DNA of 64,000 nt from the human T2T-CHM13v2.0 reference genome, Homo sapiens: assembly GCF_009914755.1 (NCBI RefSeq), contig NC_060925.1. One strand, given 5' to 3'. A model generated the notes under the pieces. That model worked only from the letters and a program-made list of their open reading frames with translations. It ran no database searches and was not told where the DNA came from. How positions within the stretch are numbered: position 1 is the stretch's first letter; every line of letters begins with the position of its first letter. Position numbers and translations under genes: made by a program. This document shows, one piece after another, positions 48,712 through 63,338 of this stretch.

Positions 48712-49484
48712 TGATAGCGACAGGAAGCAGAAAAATTCTGGGCCGAAGAGGGTGGGTGAGGGCCCCACCCTCAAACCTGGAACTGTGGCCCAGAGTGAGA
48801 ACATACATTCCTGTTTCCCACTCTAATGTTGCCTTTTCTAAAACTACCAATGGCCTGTCCCCACCATCATCCTGTGCCCATAAAATCCCAGGCTCAGCTG
48901 GCAAAGAAGAGAAGCAGCAGGACATCAGTGACTATGCCTGGATGTTGGAGCAAATTGGCTTCATTTCAGAGAGACAGCTTGATGGTATAGCTTCAGAGCT
49001 TTAGGGGAAGCTTACCTTCCCAATCCATTCCCTTTTCTGCTCCCCTTCCCACTGAGACCCACTTTCATCAGCAATGAAATCCCCGCATTTACCATCTCCA
49101 ATTTGTTCCTGCAACCTCATTCCTCTTGGATGTCAGACAAGAACTTGGGTGCAGGTGCAAAAGGCTGTCACATTTACCCTCCACTAAGCTGTTAACACTT
49201 AAGCCATCTGTGGATGTCAAAGCTAAAAGGGCACTGACTGTAACACTCCTTCTGGGGCTTTGGGGGTCACAGGCACTCCCCTAGACGCTGCCATGGGGCC
49301 AGAATGAAGTTCGTTCCTGCCGGCACCCAAAAGTGCTAGCCCCAGCTCCTGCACCTGCTCAGCTGCATGCTCCCTCCCGTGATGGGTTGATCACAGCAGG
49401 TTTGAGTGAACAGAGTTTGCACCTGCTGGCACCGTGCACTCCAGTTCCTGCCCACAAAGGACTCAGGGAAAATTTCTCGCTTCA
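48712..49484 (+). mobile_element. Solo LTR, MER50-like
   Basis: TGATAGCGACAGGAAGCAG...GGGAAAATTTCTCGCTTCA, with TG..CA ends and GC content above the surroundings. Confidence 0.65.
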
Positions 49485-50282
49485 ATGTCAGCATTGACAT
49501 TTAAGATTCAGTAGGAGTCAGTGCTCCTTTTTAAATGAGATATGTGTACCCAGAAGTCAAATACCTGAAACTTAAGAGCAAAAAGGTTAGTAACAATATT
49601 TGATAAAGACCCTTTTCAATGAGGCTGGAGGGAGTTTTTTAGGTGAGATCTAATCATCAGGCTGGAGGTGGTGATAGTGGAGTTTATGACTTAATTGAAA
49701 ACTGTAAAAAGATGGTATAGCACTGGGTAATTAATTTGTATAGTTTTGATGAACCCCCGGCAATAAGTCTAAGTCAGAGACTTAACTTAGAATTTGATTT
49801 TTGAGGATGTTTGTCAAAAGATATTGAAAGGCTCAAAACATTTGATTAAAATGAATCAAAAGTCATTGTAAAATAATAGTTATTCATTTAACCAGAATGG
49901 TAATCAAAAGACTTCAAAAGCAATATAGAAAGTTACATGAATATAAAACCCTACCTGGTTTTAAACCTATACTTTTAGGTTTTAAAATGGTTAAGGGTTT
50001 TATAACAACACAGTAATTATCTTAAAATCTGTATTTCCTAGGCTAGCTGTCAAAAAGTAAAGAAAAACCTTATGCAGAGTGATTGTTTTGAGTCATTGGA
50101 AGCCCATTTGGATAACCTGAAAGTCAAGCCTCATGAAAAGATAATGTGAATTAATCAGACACAGGAAGAGTGTGTTCCATGTCATGAGTGAACACTGTTA
50201 TAGAGACCTTGAGCAGGGGAATATGTGACTCTTAGCAACAGCATGGGATGTTGCCTGGGTATACTGAGCACTTTTAAACCTA

Positions 50283-50887
50283 TGTTAGAGCTCAGAAAAC
50301 AATATCCCAAAATGAAGGATTTAGAGGCAGCTGCAGAAGTAAAAGTTTTTCTTTGGCCTTCTTCTGGCTTCCTGTTTGCAAGTCCCATGCTCCCTCAAGG
50401 CGGGTCATAGCAACTAGAATCTCGCTTTCCCAAGATGAGTCCTCAAAACTGAAACTCCTTTTTCTCAAAGCCAGCCATAAAACCTAAAAATATTACTCCA
50501 ATATTTTCTCTGCCTTTCTGTGAAAGAACATAAGGATATTATCTGATCTTCCTTTTGAACTGTAGAGTGCAAGACCCCCACACAGAGAAGGAAGAAAATG
50601 AATGTTCAAGGAGGTTAAGAAGAATCTACACAGGCAGGTCTTGCTGGGGTTTCCCCACACAGTCCACTAACATTGAATTATACCCTTTTTCCATCATATT
50701 TTTAGATGAATGTCCCTAATTTTTTGAACCTAAGCATAAAAATGCACAATTTCCCCCATTTATTGGATCTTTGTTCTGAGCACACCCATGTATACATGCC
50801 CAAAAAACTGCATATCTGCTTCTCAATGAATCTGTCTTTTTTGAGTTGATTTTTCAGTGAACCTTCAAAGGGACCCTGGCCCCTACA
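50283..50887 (+). mobile_element. Solo LTR, MER39-like
   Basis: TGTTAGAGCTCAGAAAACAATATCCCAAAATGAAGG...GAACCTTCAAAGGGACCCTGGCCCCTACA. Confidence 0.6.
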
Positions 50888-51116
50888 CATTTTAAGAAAA
50901 GTCAAGAGTAACAAATTAAGTTACAACAGAGGAAGACATCACTTTTTTAAATCTTCAAAAGAAAACATTTTAGTATCAGGCTATAACACAGTTAGAATTG
51001 AAGAAAAAAATAGTTATAGGAGACAACAAAAGTTAAAAGAGGGAGTTACCATTCCAGGCCTTCTCAAAGGGAGAAAAGCTGAAAACAGTGGGGTATATCA
51101 GGAGTTAAGCTTCTGA

Positions 51117-51442
<326 letters not shown>

Positions 51443-54407
51443 TCAGAGAAATTTCAAAAAGAGATTATAGAATTAAAAATGTAAAGCTTTTTGTAATTTC
51501 ATCAAAAGTAAATCAATACTTTAAGAAAATATATTTGTTCTAACCAATTCGTCAGTTTTATATTCATGTATTTTATGAACTTTTATTTTAGGTTCAGGGG
51601 GGTACTTGGGTAGGTGTCATATAGGTAAATTGCATGTAACAAGGGATTGGTGTACAGATTATTTCATCACCCAAGTAATAAGCATAGTACCCAATAGGTG
51701 GTTTTTCTATTTGTGTATTTTTAATATTAAATCCCAATCTCTAAAAACACTAATACGAATAATTCTTTTTAAATTATCACCAGCTTAATCACATACAAAA
51801 TTGTTTTGCAGTGAGCAGGTCTATACAAACCTATCCAAAGTTGGAGGAAGCTGAGATGCTGAAGAAAGAGGCTGATAAATACAGTTTCTTAGGCAGAAAC
51901 AATTAATAGGGACTTATGAACAGAAGCCATGTCTGTGTCTCAGGCAGCAGTGAGATAAGATGGTAAATTCCTGTGCCATTAACCCCAGAACCCAGGGCTT
52001 ATATGCCATAGAGAAGGAATGATTCAGAAGGCATATGTGGGACAACTGAAGTATGATAATGTAAAAGTTGTTTGTCCTAAGGGCAGGATTTATAATAAGT
52101 ACCTGTTCTTACACAAGGAGCAATAAATAAACTGGAAATCTTAAAGGTCTTCCCACCTGGAGTTAATCAGAAGCCAACAGGGCAGATCACCATTCAAGAT
52201 GGAGTTACTTGAGCCTCCCATCTAAGAAAGAGTAGCTTTAGCCTCCAAAACATTTCTTTCATAAATTCTCTTTATAAACTTTATCATATCTTACACAGAC
52301 TATTTATGACATACTTGGACTTTCTGTTTTGTCCAAAATTTCCCTCTTTCTTAAATAACGAGTTTTTTTTTTTTTTTAGGACTAAATTTACTATACAAGA
52401 CTCTTTCTCATACAAAATTATTCTTTTTACCCATTTTTTAAAATAAATACATCTTTGGATTTGTATAATAGCCTTTGAATTTGACAAAGATTATTTTCCT
52501 TTTAATAAGAACATATTTTTATGTCTTTATTATAATTTCTTTTTCATAAAAAAACTTACTTTGGCACTCTTTGAATACAGAATTATATATTAACAAGAAT
52601 TTTTATTCTTAGTAACCTTAAATTTTTGTGAAAACCTAGGAAGTAGTAAATCTTGAATTGTCTGTCATATATCAGTATTTTATAGATGAGAACCGTTTTA
52701 TATTATTTTAGAAATATGTTTTTCTGTTTTTTAAATTAGAAGTGATCCAGACACTAAATGAGTATTATTTAATTTAACTTTAAGATTTTAAATTATATGA
52801 CAAGTTCATTTATAAGCACTTATCCCATTAAAGTTAACTAACTTATTTTTTAAAATAGTTTTCCTAGGTTACTTATAAAAACTGACATATTAGACAAAGC
52901 TAGTCATCATTAGTTATTTTCAGCTAACCATTCTTATAGGCTGTGTTTATTTCAGGTGTTTACCTACATAAGAACCTAAATGTTAAATATATGTTTATTT
53001 GATTTTTTTTTTTTGCCAGCTAAGGTTTTACCTATTTTCAATAAATCAACAATATTAAATGTCTTATTTATAAAAAATTATGCAAAGATCATTAAGGGAT
53101 GGGTTTTATAGTTTTATAACCTTCATGACAAAGTTTGGTACTTTATAATATCAACACAGCTAAATACAAAACTATTTTACCAATAAATCCAGACAAAAAT
53201 GTACGCTGACAATTCTGAAGGCATTTCAAATTTTATTTTACTAATAATTATAAAACCAGATTACTTATTGAAGATTTACTTGTCATGTGAACTTGAAGAG
53301 CATTTGGACTTTATTAGTTTATGAGTAATCCTTTATTTTTAAGCCCATTTGATACCTTGCAGTTACAACATATAAGAAAATACATGTACATGTAACATAA
53401 ACACAACTCAACATAGATACACGGATACAAAGATCCCATAGATTTTATTTCAGAATTCTAGTCACAAGACAGCAATACAGATTCACCAGCTTGCAAAAGA
53501 TGGTTTAATTTAAACAATGGGTTTTATCTCAATACCAGTAGAAAAGCAACAATACATTTAAAACAGAAAAAGAAAAGAGAGAAATCAAGAACTAAGCAGA
53601 TGCCATATTTAATTCTATAGTTGCAGGTCAACTTTGAGCTCTGAATTTACCCATCAGTTTACAAATGTGCCAGAACAGACTATAATACATAACCAGCCAG
53701 AGTACTAGAAAACCAAGCATGCTCTCAAAACTTCACATTTACACAAACAATTGCGAGTGCCATAAAACCCCCAGGGGTGCCCCAAAGGAGGTCATCTCCT
53801 TGTCTTTTCTCAATCTTAGAGGATTTGCTTCCCAGGTTTTCTTTTTTTTAATGGAGGAGCCAGACTGTAGTGTGGGTTTCAGTGCAGTGGGGCTCAGAAG
53901 CTGTCTCTCATTCATTTACACAAAGTCAGGTTTTTCAAGCAAATGCACAGATGAACCAATTGAGACTAATTTTTGGAGAAAAAAGCAATGAGAAGACTCT
54001 AGAATGAACCTGTGAATCCAAAATTAGAATCTGAAACAACAAGTTCCCAGGAAAAGACCAGCTCAGAATAAACCAAAGTACTATTAACCACGTAAGGGTT
54101 CTGTGGCTCAGGAAGACTTACTTACCAGTTCCACCTATGAAGAAGCTCAAAGTCAGGAGGCTTTCAATGAGCCTGCAGCAGGAGAATATGATCTGGAGAC
54201 CTGGAGACAGGGAACTTAAGGCCAATTTATGCTAACTTCCTAAAAGAGAAAACACCAAGGTCTGGAAGCAGGACCTGGACAACTTGTAGTCAAGACCCTC
54301 CACTGGTAACAAGCCCATATTGGTACCTTATTTCCAAGTTCACACAACTTCTTTTGGGGAGGAGAGTCCTTAGTCTTCTCTGAGGTCCTGCATTGGGCAC
54401 CAAATAA

Positions 54408-55750
54408 TGTTGATGAAGAAAAGTGAAACTCTAAAATATTTGAAGAGGTTTATTCTGAGCCATGAGTGACCATGGCCCAGGACACAACCCCAGATGTTCC
54501 TGAGAATATGTGCCCATTGTGGTTGGGTTATAGCTTGGTTTGATACATTTTAGGGAGACAAAGTTATAATCAAAGAGATAAATCAATACATGAAGGGTAT
54601 ATATTGGTTCCAGAAAATTTAGACATGTTAAAGTCAAGGCTCCCAGGTCAGAAATAGATTCACCAATTTTCTGATTGGCAATTGGTTGAGTTAAGCTTTG
54701 TCTAAAGACTTAAAACGTCAGTAGAAAGGAATGCATAAGATTACATAGTTGTGGAAGCCAAGGTTTTTGTTATAGAAAGAAACGCTTGAGTTAAGATAAT
54801 GGGGTTGCGGAAGCCAACGTTCTTGTCATGTAGAGGAAGCTTCCATGTATCAGGCTTTAGAAAGAATAGTTGGCAAATGTCTCTCTTTCACCTTAAAAGG
54901 TGTCAGGTTCTTAGTTACTCTCTCCTGGATCTGGAAAAGGCTTAGCGGCATTAATAAAGTTTCTCTACAGATGCAAAATTTCCCCCACAAAAGATAGCTT
55001 TGCAGGGCCATTTCAAAATTTGTCGAATAAATATATTTCAGGGTAAAGTATTTTTATTTACTTCATGGTTTGCTATCTGTCATGTGGTGCTATATGAGAG
55101 TCAGGTTGAAATTTAGTATCTTATTACCACCTATAATCTGTTTTGTCAGTCTCATGATCTCTGTTTTAATGTTAATGCTGGTCAGTCATTTAGCACTCAA
55201 TGGAAATGCTAGAGACCACAAGTATTTAGCTTAACTCTTTCAACAAATTGCCAGTCAAAAAACTTTTTAATCCACCTATGAAAGCTTCTCAGTAGCAGGC
55301 TTCAGAGAGGATAGATGGTAAAAGGTGTCAGACTCTTAGTTAAATGTTTTCTGGATCCTTATGAGACATAGAAAGGGAAGCAGATTCTATACAGAATTCA
55401 GATTTCCCCCAGAAGAGTTGGCTTTGCAGGGCCATTCCAAAACATGTCAAAGAAATACATTCTGCGGTAAAATACTTTTATTTCCTTCAGGGCCTGTTAT
55501 CTGTCATGTGATTCTATATCAGAGTCAGGTTGGAATTTGCTATTGTTGCCACAGTCTGTTTTGTCCGTCTTATAATCACTGTGTTAATGTTAATGCTGGT
55601 CAGTTGTACCTAAACTCCAAACAAACGGAGTACAAGGAGTCATGTCTGACCTCCCTTCCTGTCATGGCCTGAACTAGTTTTTCAGATTTCTTTGAGATCT
55701 CCCTGGGCAAGAGAGTTCCCATTCAGTCAACTACAGGGCTTGGGATTTAT
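54408..55750 (-). mobile_element. MER4-group LTR (5' LTR of the provirus), with a partial second copy of the U3 region
   Basis: TGTTGATGAAG..CTCTAAAATATTTGAAGAGGTTTATTCTGAGCC matches the sequence from 46568. The block at about 54830-55185 recurs in diverged form at about 55285-55605. Confidence 0.7.
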
Positions 55751-56175
55751 TTTATTATTATTATTATTACTATTTTCTGAGGTTGCAACACAGAGCCCAA
55801 GTAGGAGGTCTAATTTTGGATAGAGGCAGAAACACTGTCTCATGGAATGCAAGAGTAAATACAATAAAATCAGAGAGATGGAAAATAGAGTACACTCAAG
55901 TATGTTGCTTATTTTCAGTCTTCTGATGCCTAATCCCTCATTGTTTTGTAGTCACATGGTTATTTCTTGGTTCTTTTATAACATTTTTCACAACTGGATT
56001 GCTATGATTGTGCAGACACTGTCTACTAGAGTCAAATTTTGTTTTGAAATAGTTCATTATTTTATTTAACTGTGTAAACTAGTTTAGTCTATGATGAATT
56101 AATAGACAGATGTGAAAAATTTTAAACTCCTCTGTCAGGGCTCAGAACATGATCCTTCCAAATATGGCTTCTTGA

Positions 56176-57010
56176 TGAAATCTAAAAGTAAAACCCTAAG
56201 CCCCCCAATCAACTGAATGGATTCCCCTTCTTGGCCAGTGGAGCTGAGAGCAATCTGAAAAAGTAAATTTCAGGCCATGAGGGAAGGGGGATTGGGCACA
56301 CCTTGTTGCACTCCCTCCATTGTGGAATTAACATTAAAATAGAGATCACAGGACTGACAAAACAATAAGATACCAAATTCCAACCTGACTCCCATATAGC
56401 ATCACATGACAGATAGTAGACACTGAAAGAAATAAAAATATTTTACCACAAAATATATTTATATGACAGATTTCGAAATGGCCCTGCAAAGCTATCTTTT
56501 GTGGGGGAAATTTTGCATCTGCCATTAGTGCAGCTAGGCCTTTTCCAGATCCAGGAAAGATAGACTGTGAGGCTCACACCTTTTAAGGTCCAAAAAGAGA
56601 CATTTACCATCTATTCTTTCTGAAGCCAGCTACATGGAGGCTTCATATATGTAACAAGAATCTTAGCTTCCACAAACTCCCTTACCTTAACTCAAACATT
56701 TTTTTCTACTGACTTCAAGTCTTTAGTTTAACTCTTTCAACCAATTGCCAATCAGAAAAATCTTTGCATCCACCTATGACTCATAAGCCTTCCACTTCAT
56801 GTCCTGCTTTTTCAGGCTGAAACAATGTATATTTTACATGTATTGATTTATGACTTTGCCTGCAAGTTCTTTCCCTAAGTTTTAGGGAGACAGAAGTTAC
56901 CCTGGGCACACTTTCTCAGGATCTTCTGAGGCTTTTCCCCGGCCATCGTCACTCATATTGGCTCAGAATAAACCTCTTTAAATATTTTACAGTGTTCAGC
57001 TTTTTCATCA
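56176..57010 (+). mobile_element. MER4-group solo LTR inserted in a MER34/39-like LTR (about 56132-57440)
   Basis: Reverse-complement similarity to the LTRs at 46568 and 54408. Ends GGCTCAGAATAAACCTCTTTAAATATTTTACAG..CATCA. Confidence 0.65.
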
Positions 57011-57625
57011 GATGCAAACTTGACATACTAAATAAGCTGAAGAAAACTGAGAAAACCGAAGAGGTAGAAAGGTCACTTTCTGATTTTTTCTGCCCTTCTC
57101 CCCTGAGAGCTGTCCACAAAAGAATTCTCAGACCTACCTGTTCTGAGAGAAGGTAATAAGCCCTTTATTCCAGAGGGGCCCTGACCAATGCCCAGAGGGA
57201 AAAAAATGTCACATGGGGAGGCCACTAAGAATCTGAACAAACCTCGCTAAGTCCTCCTCCTAAGTTTATTTCCATTATATCATATTTTTAAATGTTCTAA
57301 TCATACTTTTAAGGCTCGCATGCCTCATGAAACTTCTACTAAGTAAATTTGCTATACTTTTCTGTTGCTAATCTGTCTTTTGTTAGAAGTTACCAACCAC
57401 GAACCTTTTGATGAGCAAGGAAAAAATGTCTTACTTCCCCCCCACCCCCGCCCCCTGTACCACTAATTATAAACTTTGCAAAGTTTTGATACTATCATCT
57501 TATGGTGTGACCCATCTCATTCACAGGGAAGTCACAACACAGCTCATGTGGTCCATGCAGTCCATTTATACGGGATTTTGCTAAAGTTTCTATACTCCTA
57601 GATTCTTAGGCTTAGCATCACTAAG

Positions 57626-58120
57626 AGGGATAGAATGTGTGTCTGAACTGTATCCGTTCATTATATCAGGGACAGAATGTGTGTCTGAACTGTATGCATT
57701 CATTATATCAGGGATAGAATGTGTGTCTGAACTGTATGCATTCATTATAACAGGGATAGAATGTGTCTCTGAACTGTATCAGTTCATTATATCAGGGATA
57801 GAATGTGTGTCGGAACTGTATCCGTTCATTATATCACGGATATGAGGTGTGTCTGAACTGTATGCATTCATTATATCAGGGATAGAATGTGTCTCTGAAC
57901 TGTATCAGTTCATTATATCAGGGATTCAATGTGTGTCTGTGAACTGTATCCGTTTATTATATCAGGGATATGAGTTGTGTCTGAACTGTATCAGTTCATT
58001 ATATCAGGGATACAATGTGTGTCTGTGAACTGTATCAGTTCATTATATCAGGGATATGAGGTGTGTCTGAACTGTATCAGTTCATTATATCAGGGATACA
58101 ATGTGTGTCTGAACTGTATC
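57626..58120. repeat. Minisatellite, about 12 copies of a 42-bp (some 44-bp) unit
   Basis: Unit GGGATAGAATGTGTGTCTGAACTGTATC[C/A]GTTCATTATATCA. Confidence 0.95.
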
Positions 58121-58139
58121 AATACACATAACCTACTTC

Positions 58140-58709
58140 TGAGACACAGTAAGGACAGGGCTTGGCCCCCACTCCTACTATCACATTTTTTTTCCCGTAC
58201 CTGCCAACTTCCAGACCTTGCACCACCACCTCCACTGGCACGATACCCACTGCATGGATAACTTGAAGAAACTAAGATAAGCAGCATTCCACCATAAATC
58301 TTATTCAAGGGAGTTAACCTTATCACTCACATGTGCATAAGACCGGAAGAATGACTGATCTTTACCCCTTGCTTCATTATAATACTAAAATCTCCACCCA
58401 GGGAAGGGCTTACCCACCATTTTTTGATCATGCAATGTATGTGTTCACATAATTTCTCACTGTGCCTGCATATCCTGTGCTCCACTCCACATGTATAAAG
58501 AGCCTCCCATACCTCATGATTATCCATGTCACTCATCTTAAAACACAGCAAAGGCCTAGCCATGGGGAACCAGCCAGAGAACTGTCATTCCAGTGCTGTC
58601 TCCCTTGTGTTCGAGCACAAGCCCTTAATAAAGCCTTGTCTGGAAAACTTGCTTGGTCTCATGTCCATTTCTATTGCACAGGAGCCCAAGAACCTGTGGT
58701 TAGTAATAC
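58140..58709 (+). mobile_element. ERV LTR, family not determined
   Basis: TGAGACACAG start, AATAAA at about 58627, U5-like end GAGCCCAAGAACCTGTGGTTAGTAATA. Confidence 0.45.
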
Positions 58710-58804
58710 TTTCACATTTTGGCCTGAATGAATCAGGTACTGTCTGTTTAGCTGATAGGTGACTAGTTTCCTTTATTATTTTCATAGTTTTACATCTTAT
58801 GTAT

Positions 58805-59188
58805 CAATATGGTTTGGCTCTGTGTCCCCACCTAAATCTCATGTTGAATTGTAATTCCCAGTGTTCAGGGAGGTAGCTGGTAGGAGGTGATTGGATCCTG
58901 GGGTGGATTTCCCCCTTGCTGTACTCATGATTCTGAGTGAGTTCTCCTGAGATCTAGTTGCTTGAAAGTGTGAAGCACTTCCCCTTTCACTCTCTCTCTC
59001 CTGCTCAGCCTTGTAAAGATTGTACCTGCTTCCCCTCCACCTTCCCCCATGATTGTGTGTTTCCCGGGGCCTCCCCAGCCATGCTTTCTGTAAAGCCTAA
59101 GCAACTGTGAGTCAATTAAACCTCTTTTCTCCATAAATTACCCAGTCCCAGGTATGTCTTTATGGCAGCATGAGGATGGACTAATACG
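58805..59188 (+). mobile_element. MSTA-like MaLR solo LTR
   Basis: ATATGGTTTGGCTCTGTGTCCCCACC.AAATCTCATGTTGAATTGTAAT...GAGTCAATTAAACCTCTTTTC...GGACTAATAC. Confidence 0.85.
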
Positions 59189-60299
59189 GTATCTATCTGT
59201 AAACAACAGAGTTTACTCTTGCCTAATTTTGAACTTTAAAAATGAAGTTACTTTGAATATATTATTTTGACTTTTTTGCTAAATATAATTTTTGTGATAT
59301 TCAGCTCATTATCTTGTATAGTTTGCTCATTTTCCTTAGCATATGCAATGTCATTGAATATCTTAATTGATATATTTATTCTATAGTTATTTGGTATGTA
59401 TGTTATTTTCAGCTTGGGGCTATTATGAATGTTTTTGCTATTGACATTTATGTCCTTATGTTTTCATATATAAATGCAAAAAACATAGTGCATATACCTA
59501 TGGGTAGAATTGATGGGTATATATTTTTCTGACTTATAATGAGGTTGAGTAACTTTTCTTTGATTTATCAGCCATTTAGAGTTTCTCTTTTGTAAAGTAC
59601 CTATTCAAGTATTTTTCCCATTTGCTATCAAATTTTGGCCTTTTGTTATAGACACATAAGAATTTTTTTATACATGTGCTGGATATTTTGTTTTCAGTTT
59701 TGTTACACATCTGCTAGTTTGTGACCTATCCAAGTGTTTAAATTTTATTTATTTGTAAATTGAATTACCAACATTTTACTTTATATTAGTTCTTTTTGTG
59801 TCTTAACTAATCTGTTCACAAGCTGAAGTCAAGAAAATATTATCCTATCTTATCTTCTAAAAGCTCATAGTTTTTTTGTTTGTTTGTTTCTTCACCTTTT
59901 AGTTTTTAACCCGCCTAAAACATATCTGTGGTATGTGACTTTAGGCAAATTTTCCATTCCCCATATGAACAAACAATTTTCCCAATACAACTTGATAAAT
60001 TTATTTTTCCCAGATCTGCAGTGACATCTCTGTCTCCTTTATAGTCACATTCCACAAAAGCTTTGCCTGCTCTTGGTCTCCCTAATTCCTCCACTGTCCT
60101 CTCTATTCAGGATATTTACCTCTCATTTCAATGATCTTTATGTGGATAAATCAAATCTTTCAGGGCCATCAGCACAGTTTTTGTTTGTCTGTTTTTTTCC
60201 TTGTTTTGATATAACTGTCTATTCCCTCGATTGAAGATGTGTGTTTTGTTTTGTTTTGTTGCATTTTCATCTGTCTTCAAGTACACCATACTGATGGCT

Positions 60300-61435
60300 T
60301 TTCCTAACTCATTGTTTTGTTTTTCCTTTTAATTTTTTTTCTCCTTGTGTCATTTCTCCAGGCCCACTTCTTAATACTGGAGGGCTCCTAGCTCAGTTAT
60401 GGGTCCTCTTCTTTTTTTTCCTGTACCTTTTCTCTGTTAAGCTCATTGGGGTTCTTAGCTATAAACATGTATCTATATAATAATATCTATGTATTAATGA
60501 CTGCAGTTCAAAGCAAACTTGGCATTCACCAAACTGATCTGTGCCTCTGTCTTCCCACCCTAAACTTCCTGCAACTGCGTCTTTCCTTAGGCCCACTGGT
60601 AGGAGGTCCATAATTTCAGTTGCTCAATCCAAGCCCTTAGAGTTGCCCCTGGTGCTTCTCTTTCCCTTGAAACTGACATCCAACTAGTAAAGGAATCCTG
60701 TTGGCTCTACCTTCAGAAGACACCTAGGTTCCAACCATTTCTACAATATGTTCCTGCTTTACCTAAATCCTCTAAGGGTTATTTCTAAAGCAGCAGTTGA
60801 AGAAACGTCAGATCATGCCACTTTGGTGATTAAAACCCCACTGCAGCTCACTGTTTATTGGGAGTAAAATCTAAAATTCTTACAGGAAGCTCTACAGGGC
60901 CCTTTTACATGCTCCTCTGCCCCATTGCCTCTTAGATGTCTGCTTGTGCCACTGTTTCCCTCACTGCTCTAGCCATCCTGGCCTTCTTGTCATTCTTTGA
61001 ATAAGCCATGTACACTCTCACCTCAGGCCTGTCCTACCAGTTTTGTTTTGTTTTTTTTTCTCCACTTGGGATCCCTCCCACCCCAACACTCTCTTCAGGG
61101 CTAAATTCTTTATGTCCTCAAGACTGCATGAATGTTATCCTTCCAAAGAGATCTGTACTATCGATGACATTGTAAAAAGCAACAAACATTACCACAGCTT
61201 CAGCAATTCTTTCTCTCTCTTAATCTACTTTTTCCCTTTCTCTATACCATTTGACATTGACAGACTATATAGTTAACTTCTTTCTTCTGTTTGTTATTGT
61301 TCACTGCCTCTGGGCTACATGGGCAGCTTCATGAGGACAGGCACCTATTTTGCAAACAAATATATCCCAAGGGTCTTAATAGTTCAACAGATGGCTGTAC
61401 ATAGTATAAATTCGACAAACATTTGTCAGATGAAA
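60300..61435 (+). mobile_element. Ancient L2 LINE fragment
   Basis: Pyrimidine-rich sequence with L2-like motifs (AATCCTGTTGGCTCTACCTTCAGAA, TCAGATCATGCCAC, GCTTCATGAGGACAGG, AAACATTTGTCAGATGAA). Boundaries approximate. Confidence 0.5.
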
Positions 61436-62338
61436 TAAGGTTTCATAAAATTTCTGTAGATACATGGACCTATTTCTGAACTCTTTATTCTTTTTTTTTT
61501 TTTTTTGGTTTATTTGTCTTGTGATGTGTGAGTTGTATACTGTTTAACAGTTTAACTTTGAAAGTAAATCTGAATTTCTGGTATGACAATTTATCTGCAT
61601 TGTTCTTATTTAACATTATCTTGGCTGCTATTCTTGGCTCTTTGATCATCATTTTAAGAATCAGCTTGCCAGATTGTATTCATATCCTCCGGCTATCTAT
61701 CTAGCTATCTGTCTATCTTGGGAGAGAGAGAACATTGAATCTATATCTCTAACTGTAGTTCTGGCTCTAAGTATCTATCTTCATTAATCTCTGAATCTAT
61801 TTCTATTTCTTCAGTATCTCAAACAATCAGTTCCTTTTTAAACTCCCTTTATTATTATGTTAAAGTATTTCAAGGTAAATAGCCAGTGTTTTGTCATTCT
61901 AGCCCCAACCATATTCCTATGCATCCATGAAAAGGGAGAACAGTGCACCAGTCTGCTCACACTGAGTCCTTCATAGGACTTACCTACAACACCCCAAAAT
62001 CTCAGTGACTTACACAACAAATGTGTATGTCTCAACTTATAGAAGATACCATTCAAAAGAATTTCAAAATTATTTTTGAAATTCAAAAGAATTAAAATCA
62101 CGAACTCAGAAAATTGTACAACAGTGTTCATAGCTCCATTATTTACGATAGCCAAAAGGTTGTGTCCATCAATAGACAAATAAATGAGCAAAATGTGATA
62201 TATACAAACAATGTGATACTATTCTGCCTTCAAAAGGAATGAAACTCTGATATTTTCTGCCACATGGATGAACCCTGAAAATGAAGTGAAGTAAGTATAA
62301 AGGCAAATATTGTATGATTCTACTCATTTGAGGTACCC

Positions 62339-62802
62339 TGTTGGAGGCCAAAAGAGTGAGGGTCGTGATCAACTGAGTACCCCACTGGAGGCTGGGTGAG
62401 TAAGCAGCAAAACTGCTTCTCATAAATGCAGAATGTTGGCAAACTGACAAACTGCGTTTGCCACACAGAGGTTATGCTGAGGGCGGTCACGCCCCAGGCA
62501 CAAGTGTTTGTTATTATTAGGTACGTCTGAAAGTCTGATAGCAATGATGTGAACCTGTAATCAATCAAGTAGCTGACCAATCGTGACGTCCTCCTCCCTG
62601 CTCTTTCTACCCAATAAATACGGAGGGCTGAGAAGCTCGGGCGGCTGCCTTTACTGACTAGAAGCTGGGATCTCTCTTCTTCCCCTAAGCGAGCCTTTCC
62701 TTAAAACCATTTTCTTCTGTCTTTTGTTACTATTTCTACGTCCATTTCTTCATTCAGTCCTGTAATGATGGTCTCAAGTAGTAATTGTACAAGTCTGTCA
62801 CA
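62339..62802 (+). mobile_element. LTR3, 5' LTR of a HERV-K(HML-6) provirus
   Basis: TGTTGGAGGCC.AAAGAGTGAGGGTCGTGATCAACT...CCAATAAATACG...CA, 464 bp, inserted in an old L1M fragment (about 62100-62338). Confidence 0.8.
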
Positions 62803-62804
62803 AG

Positions 62805-62822
62805 TGGTGCCTGAACAGGGGC
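62805..62822 (+). other. Primer-binding site, tRNA-Lys3 type
   Basis: TGGTGCCTGAACAGGGGC versus canonical TGGCGCCCGAACAGGGAC (two CpG transitions plus one other change), 2 bp after the LTR end. Confidence 0.85.
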
Positions 62823-63338
62823 ATCTAGGAACAAGTATAGACCTGAAGAGGCCTGGAGGGATAAATAGATTAGCAGGGATAGAGAGAAAGAGTATAGGTA
62901 GGGAAAGACAGGAACTTGCAGGAACTAACAGGGACCATGGGGACAGATAGGGATAGATAAAGACTAGCAGAGACCAGCAGAAACTTGCAGGGACAGACAG
63001 GGTCCTATAGAGACTTGAACGAGGAAGGTCTGCTGGAACAGAAGCTAAAACTAGCCAGACAAACGAGAAGCCCCATTACAAGTCTGCCAGCAGCAACATA
63101 AGGCTAGTGCTCTAAAAAGGTACTTGTCAGTGCCCCAGAGGTTTGAAGAACGGGAAGTTTTTGAATCAGGGTAGCATGGGGAAGAATTTGGTTATTTTTT
63201 TCTTTCATTTGGAGTTTGGTACATACCTTTTCTGTTATTTCAGGGCCGGAGAGACTATTTTGCCCCACTTAGAGCACCTATCAAAAGTGGTAAACGAGGG
63301 AGAATGAAAACTGGCTGGCAGCATCTTTTGTGGCTACA

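Noticed and set aside
57639-58261. ORFs with 14-aa repeats (SELY.FIISGIECV)
   Set aside because: Consequence of a 42-bp minisatellite unit divisible by three, with no other sign of a gene.
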